18,142 nucleotides of DNA, taken from assembly GCA_036444275.1 (NCBI GenBank), contig JAZGAD010000003.1, forward strand, positions 1 through 18,142, in the 5' to 3' direction. Both the position numbers and the translations under genes were made by a program. This document shows, one piece after another, positions 14,959-18,142 of this stretch; the first letter of the stretch is position 1; each line of letters starts with the position of its first letter. The notes beneath the pieces are model-generated. The model was not told where the DNA came from. It did not search any database and was given only the letters and a program-made list of their open reading frames with translations. Source of the DNA: Candidatus Hydrothermarchaeales archaeon (GTDB lineage Archaea; Hydrothermarchaeota; Hydrothermarchaeia; Hydrothermarchaeales; JAZGAD01).

Positions 14959-16335
14959 CTACAACCTCAATCTCTTAATGTGTTCCATACTCTTTCGTAT
15001 GTGCTCCGGTGACGCAATGTCCCATCTATTCCACAGCGGCCCATCTAGTGCAACAACACCTTCCAGCGAGATCTTTCTGGCGGTCTCGATATCATCACCC
15101 ACGCCAACGCAGCCTACAGCCCTCGAACCGAGAGCATATGTTTTCCCGTCCCGTAGCTCCATAGAACCTGGGTAGACCTTAAGTGCGCCTTTGTACCCGT
15201 CCCGTAGCTTATAAACGTTGCTTAGATCTACTTCTGAACTACCTGAAAACTTCTTCCTGAACCCACCATAGGTTAGCGGCACAGCATAGGTCATGACCGT
15301 CGCTAGAGGCTCAAAATCAAGCTTAGTTAGTTTTTCGTCGATCATGTTAAAACATAGGTCAACGAAGTCACCCTTCACTATTGGAAGCAAGTTCATTATT
15401 TCAGGGTCCCCTGGCCTAGAATTTATTTCGAAGACTTTCACTCCATCGCTAGCGCACGTATAAGCCATGTAGAGAGGTATGCCGCGCAACCCAGGGTTAG
15501 TCTCGCTGCCCCTCAATTCCTTAAATATCCTTTCACCAATATCAATTCCATCCTCCCAGTCCCTTTGACTCATGAAGGGCAGCCTATTCCCAACGTCTTT
15601 GTAGGAGCCCATACCGCCGGTATTAGGACCTCTGTCACCATCCAAGGCCCTCTTGTAATCCCTCACGGCCGGTGTAGCAGTGAGATGCTTTCCGTCAGAG
15701 AAGAATTGCAGGCTGAACTCCTCCCCATCAATCTTTTCCTCTACTAGCACCTTGCCATGTTCATATATAGACAAGAAATGATCAAAGAGCCCCTCCCTAG
15801 TTGAGAAGTGGTCCCCCCAGACGCCAACCCCCTTACCAGTAGCTGGTTCATCAGGCTTCACGGCAACTTCATTGTCAAGTTCATCCAGCCAGGACCAAAG
15901 ATCTCTTTTCACAGCCTCTACGCTGCTGTAGTCTGCATGATCAAACACCTTAAATTTGGGATTTACTTCTTTGCAACATCGTTCCAATAAGCGACGCTGT
16001 GCAACCTTGCTTCCCTCAATAGCGTATTCCCTCGTGGGGCATATCATAGGAACCCCTACTTCTTTTTCAACCCTATTTCTAACGCCAGCGATTATGGGAC
16101 CCTCTGGACCGACTATTCCAAAATCGATCTCACCTTTATGCTTCTTGGCGAATTCGCATATCTTTTCTATGTCTGAACCCAAGGTGAAATCCACGGATCT
16201 CTCAAGGATAAAAGGATTCCTTTGTTTATCAGCATCAAAGATCCTTACCTCATAGTTCTCGCTACGGGAGAGAGCGTCAGCAATGGCCGCTGCTCTCGAA
16301 CCATAGCTAACGAGCAAGACCCCGACCTTTTCCAT
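14959..16335 (-). CDS. purD: Phosphoribosylamine--glycine ligase (archaeal type)
   Basis: GPEGP, IEGSK, GKGV, EEKIDGEEFS, DYKRALDGDRGPNTGGMGS, EINSRPGDPE. RBS GAGGT favours ATG 16335. Confidence 0.92.
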   Translation of the reverse strand: MEKVGVLLVSYGSRAAAIADALSRSENYEVRIFDADKQRNPFILERSVDFTLGSDIEKICEFAKKHKGEIDFGIVGPEGPIIAGVRNRVEKEVGVPMICPTREYAIEGSKVAQRRLLERCCKEVNPKFKVFDHADYSSVEAVKRDLWSWLDELDNEVAVKPDEPATGKGVGVWGDHFSTREGLFDHFLSIYEHGKVLVEEKIDGEEFSLQFFSDGKHLTATPAVRDYKRALDGDRGPNTGGMGSYKDVGNRLPFMSQRDWEDGIDIGERIFKELRGSETNPGLRGIPLYMAYTCASDGVKVFEINSRPGDPEIMNLLPIVKGDFVDLCFNMIDEKLTKLDFEPLATVMTYAVPLTYGGFRKKFSGSSEVDLSNVYKLRDGYKGALKVYPGSMELRDGKTYALGSRAVGCVGVGDDIETARKISLEGVVALDGPLWNRWDIASPEHIRKSMEHIKRLRL

Positions 16336-16463
16336 CAACCTACCTCGCTTATAGAAGCTTTTTATTAATTAAGGATATATCAACCAAGATATATGTTTTC
16401 AATTCTACAGTACCCATAATAGTTCCCTCATGTAGTGACAACTCTTTCTTTCTATTTCTCTTT

Positions 16464-17330
16464 TTAACCAGGATAACCTAGGTTCACCTCTATTGTTATA
16501 AGGGCTATACCCAATCCAATGAAGACGAGATGCACCAAAATGAAATACCCGATAGCTACGTATATTAAACTCTTAGCCCTCGACAGCATCCCTCCAACTA
16601 TATCCATCCCCTCTACCGAGTCCTCAAGTGGAACTGCGACTTCTGAGACAATGCCTACAAGAGGCGCCCTAAGATTGTCTATGCTTTCTCCAGCATCCTT
16701 TAGCTTCGAACCGACGTCTACAAGGCTTGCGGATGTACCCTCAAGCTTCTTAGATGTTTTCCCAAGGTCCGAAGCGGTCTTCTCTATACCCTTGGATGCC
16801 TCGCCAATCTTATCCCCAGCTGCCTCTAACCTCGAGGAAGCCGTACTCATATTATCAATGGCCAGTTCGAAGGATGCCTTCCCGGGTAGAGGGCTTCCAT
16901 TGAATTCATAGCTGTCAGCCCATTCCCTCAGTCCTTGGGCAGATGCATTGAGGGATAGCCCCGCCTCAGCATTAAGTCTGGAAGCCCCTTCTAGTTCCAC
17001 CGCGGCAGCATTCAAGTTTCCGGAGGCGCTGCTAAGGTCTGTGGAAGCAGAATGCACCTCACTGCCTGCTCTATCGATGCTCAAAGAAGCAGCCTTTAGA
17101 TTAGAGCTTGAGTCACCTATAGAAGTTTCCAATGCTAGCTTTCTCCCCCTTAGGCTGGCGCTGGTGTCTGATAGAGAACTCCTGAGATCCGCTGTGGCCA
17201 AGGCGGCCTCTCCATCATAGTTCCTGACCACTGTTATTGCATAGACCCCTACCATAACACCGATGAAACCCAGTATTACCAGGAACGCACCCAAGGCCTT
17301 TAATAAAAAGGAAGGAAATTCCATTTCCAA
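16464..17330 (-). CDS. Membrane protein with N- and C-terminal TM helices and a long Ala/Ser/Gly-rich heptad coiled coil
   Basis: TM ALGAFLVILGFIGVMVGVYAI and TM LIYVAIGYFILVHLVFIGLGIALITI flank about 220 aa of L-x2-(A/S)-x3 repeats. RBS AGGTG. Confidence 0.8.
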   Translation of the reverse strand: MEMEFPSFLLKALGAFLVILGFIGVMVGVYAITVVRNYDGEAALATADLRSSLSDTSASLRGRKLALETSIGDSSSNLKAASLSIDRAGSEVHSASTDLSSASGNLNAAAVELEGASRLNAEAGLSLNASAQGLREWADSYEFNGSPLPGKASFELAIDNMSTASSRLEAAGDKIGEASKGIEKTASDLGKTSKKLEGTSASLVDVGSKLKDAGESIDNLRAPLVGIVSEVAVPLEDSVEGMDIVGGMLSRAKSLIYVAIGYFILVHLVFIGLGIALITIEVNLGYPG

Positions 17331-17366
17331 TGCACCTTTATTTTTTTACCCTCACTTTTCTATCAT

Positions 17367-17879
17367 TCATAGCGCCGGAATCAAATCTGTTGCCTTAAAA
17401 AGGGCATCGAGCTCTATTCCGTGTTCTCTCAGCATTTCCTTAGCTCCTTCTTCCCTGTCCACGACTGTCAAGACCTTATCGCACCTTGCATTGTGCGCTC
17501 TAATGGCTTCCACAGCAGCTAAGGAAGAAGCCCCAGTGGTAGTCACATCCTCGATTACTGTTACTCTATCTCCAGTCTCCAATTGCCCCTCCACTACGAG
17601 ACTAGTGCCGTAGCCTTTCTTCTCTTTCCGTATCATCAAAAAAGGGATGCCGGTCTCTAAACTTATAGCTGTCGCAAGAGGCACAGCTCCAAGGGCGATG
17701 CCCGCAATCCTGTCTGTCTCGCCAGCCTTAATTAAAGCAGCCATTTCCTTGGCGATTTCCTTCAGAATGCCTGGATTGGTGTATGCCCTCTTGATATCGA
17801 TGTAGTAATCACTCTGCCTACCGGAAGAAAGGACGAATTTCCCTTTCCTTACACTACCCTTCAGCTTATCAACAAGCAT
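17367..17879 (-). CDS. pyrE: Orotate phosphoribosyltransferase; start 17879 (GGTGA RBS) or 17897
   Basis: GKFVLSSGRQSDYYID, RKEKKGYGT, PRPP-binding VIEDVTTTGAS, VDREEGA. Confidence 0.95.
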   Translation of the reverse strand: MLVDKLKGSVRKGKFVLSSGRQSDYYIDIKRAYTNPGILKEIAKEMAALIKAGETDRIAGIALGAVPLATAISLETGIPFLMIRKEKKGYGTSLVVEGQLETGDRVTVIEDVTTTGASSLAAVEAIRAHNARCDKVLTVVDREEGAKEMLREHGIELDALFKATDLIPAL

Positions 17880-17883
17880 TTCT

Positions 17884-18142
17884 TCACCAGGGGACATCCT
17901 TCATTCTCAACTGGTATCCCAGCTTATTAACGGCCATGTGCCCGATAGGAGTAAGAATGAAGAGCGTAATAATAAATTCCATAGGTATGGGAGTGACAAC
18001 GCGGGCAAATAATAGCCCGCCCACTACGAAGTTGAGCTGGTCCAGTGGGAAAAGAGGCGAGCCCTTTGGCTTACCCACCCTACGCTTTATAAAGCTCCCA
18101 GCTGCATCTCCGGCTAAGGCACCAGAAGATAGGAGCACACCC
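17884..18142 (-). CDS. carS: CDP-archaeol synthase (CDP-2,3-bis-O-geranylgeranyl-sn-glycerol synthase), 3' part only
   Basis: GDAAGSFIKRRVG..KG..LFPLDQL, TP..H..N..GY...KDVPW C-terminus. The frame is open to the window edge. Confidence 0.9.
   Translation of the reverse strand, partial: GVLLSSGALAGDAAGSFIKRRVGKPKGSPLFPLDQLNFVVGGLLFARVVTPIPMEFIITLFILTPIGHMAVNKLGYQLRMKDVPW

Noticed and set aside
16464-17330. Methyl-accepting chemotaxis protein
   Set aside because: No LLALNAAIEAARAG hairpin-tip signature, no HAMP domain, and the coiled coil lies between the two TM helices.
710-17613. Numerous antisense or alternate-frame ORFs in the track (e.g. 3807-4256, 6845-7240, 7903-8448, 11087-11404, 16519-16911, 17263-17613)
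   Set aside because: They are shadows of well-supported genes on the opposite strand, with Ser/Pro-rich atypical composition and no motifs.

Overview
Archaeal genomic window, most likely a euryarchaeote-like lineage. Evidence: CDP-archaeol synthase, CetZ-type tubulins, BRE/TATA promoters, GGTGA/GGAGG ribosome-binding sites and oligo-T terminators. The left end (1-4400) is a decaying or rearranged chemotaxis locus: intact cheC and cheY flank only a stop-interrupted scrap of cheA plus small hypothetical genes, followed by a single-domain KaiC-like ATPase. The rest holds housekeeping genes (hisS, pheA, chorismate mutase, argF, purD, pyrE, carS), small Zn-finger proteins, a C15orf41/CDIN1-like nuclease and DUF192. 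Two modules stand out. (i) A tightly packed operon encodes two tubulin/CetZ paralogs, a surface coiled-coil membrane protein and a membrane-anchored polysaccharide deacetylase. One paralog has the catalytic T7 DxxE motif; the other has DxxK and a deleted T7 loop, echoing the alpha/beta-tubulin split. (ii) A translationally coupled YvoF-like acetyltransferase + DUF1405 (YpjA/LhaT-like) pair suggests lipid-carried extracellular acetylation in an archaeon. No rRNA, tRNA, CRISPR array or transposase was seen. All family assignments come from motif recognition by eye, not from database searches.
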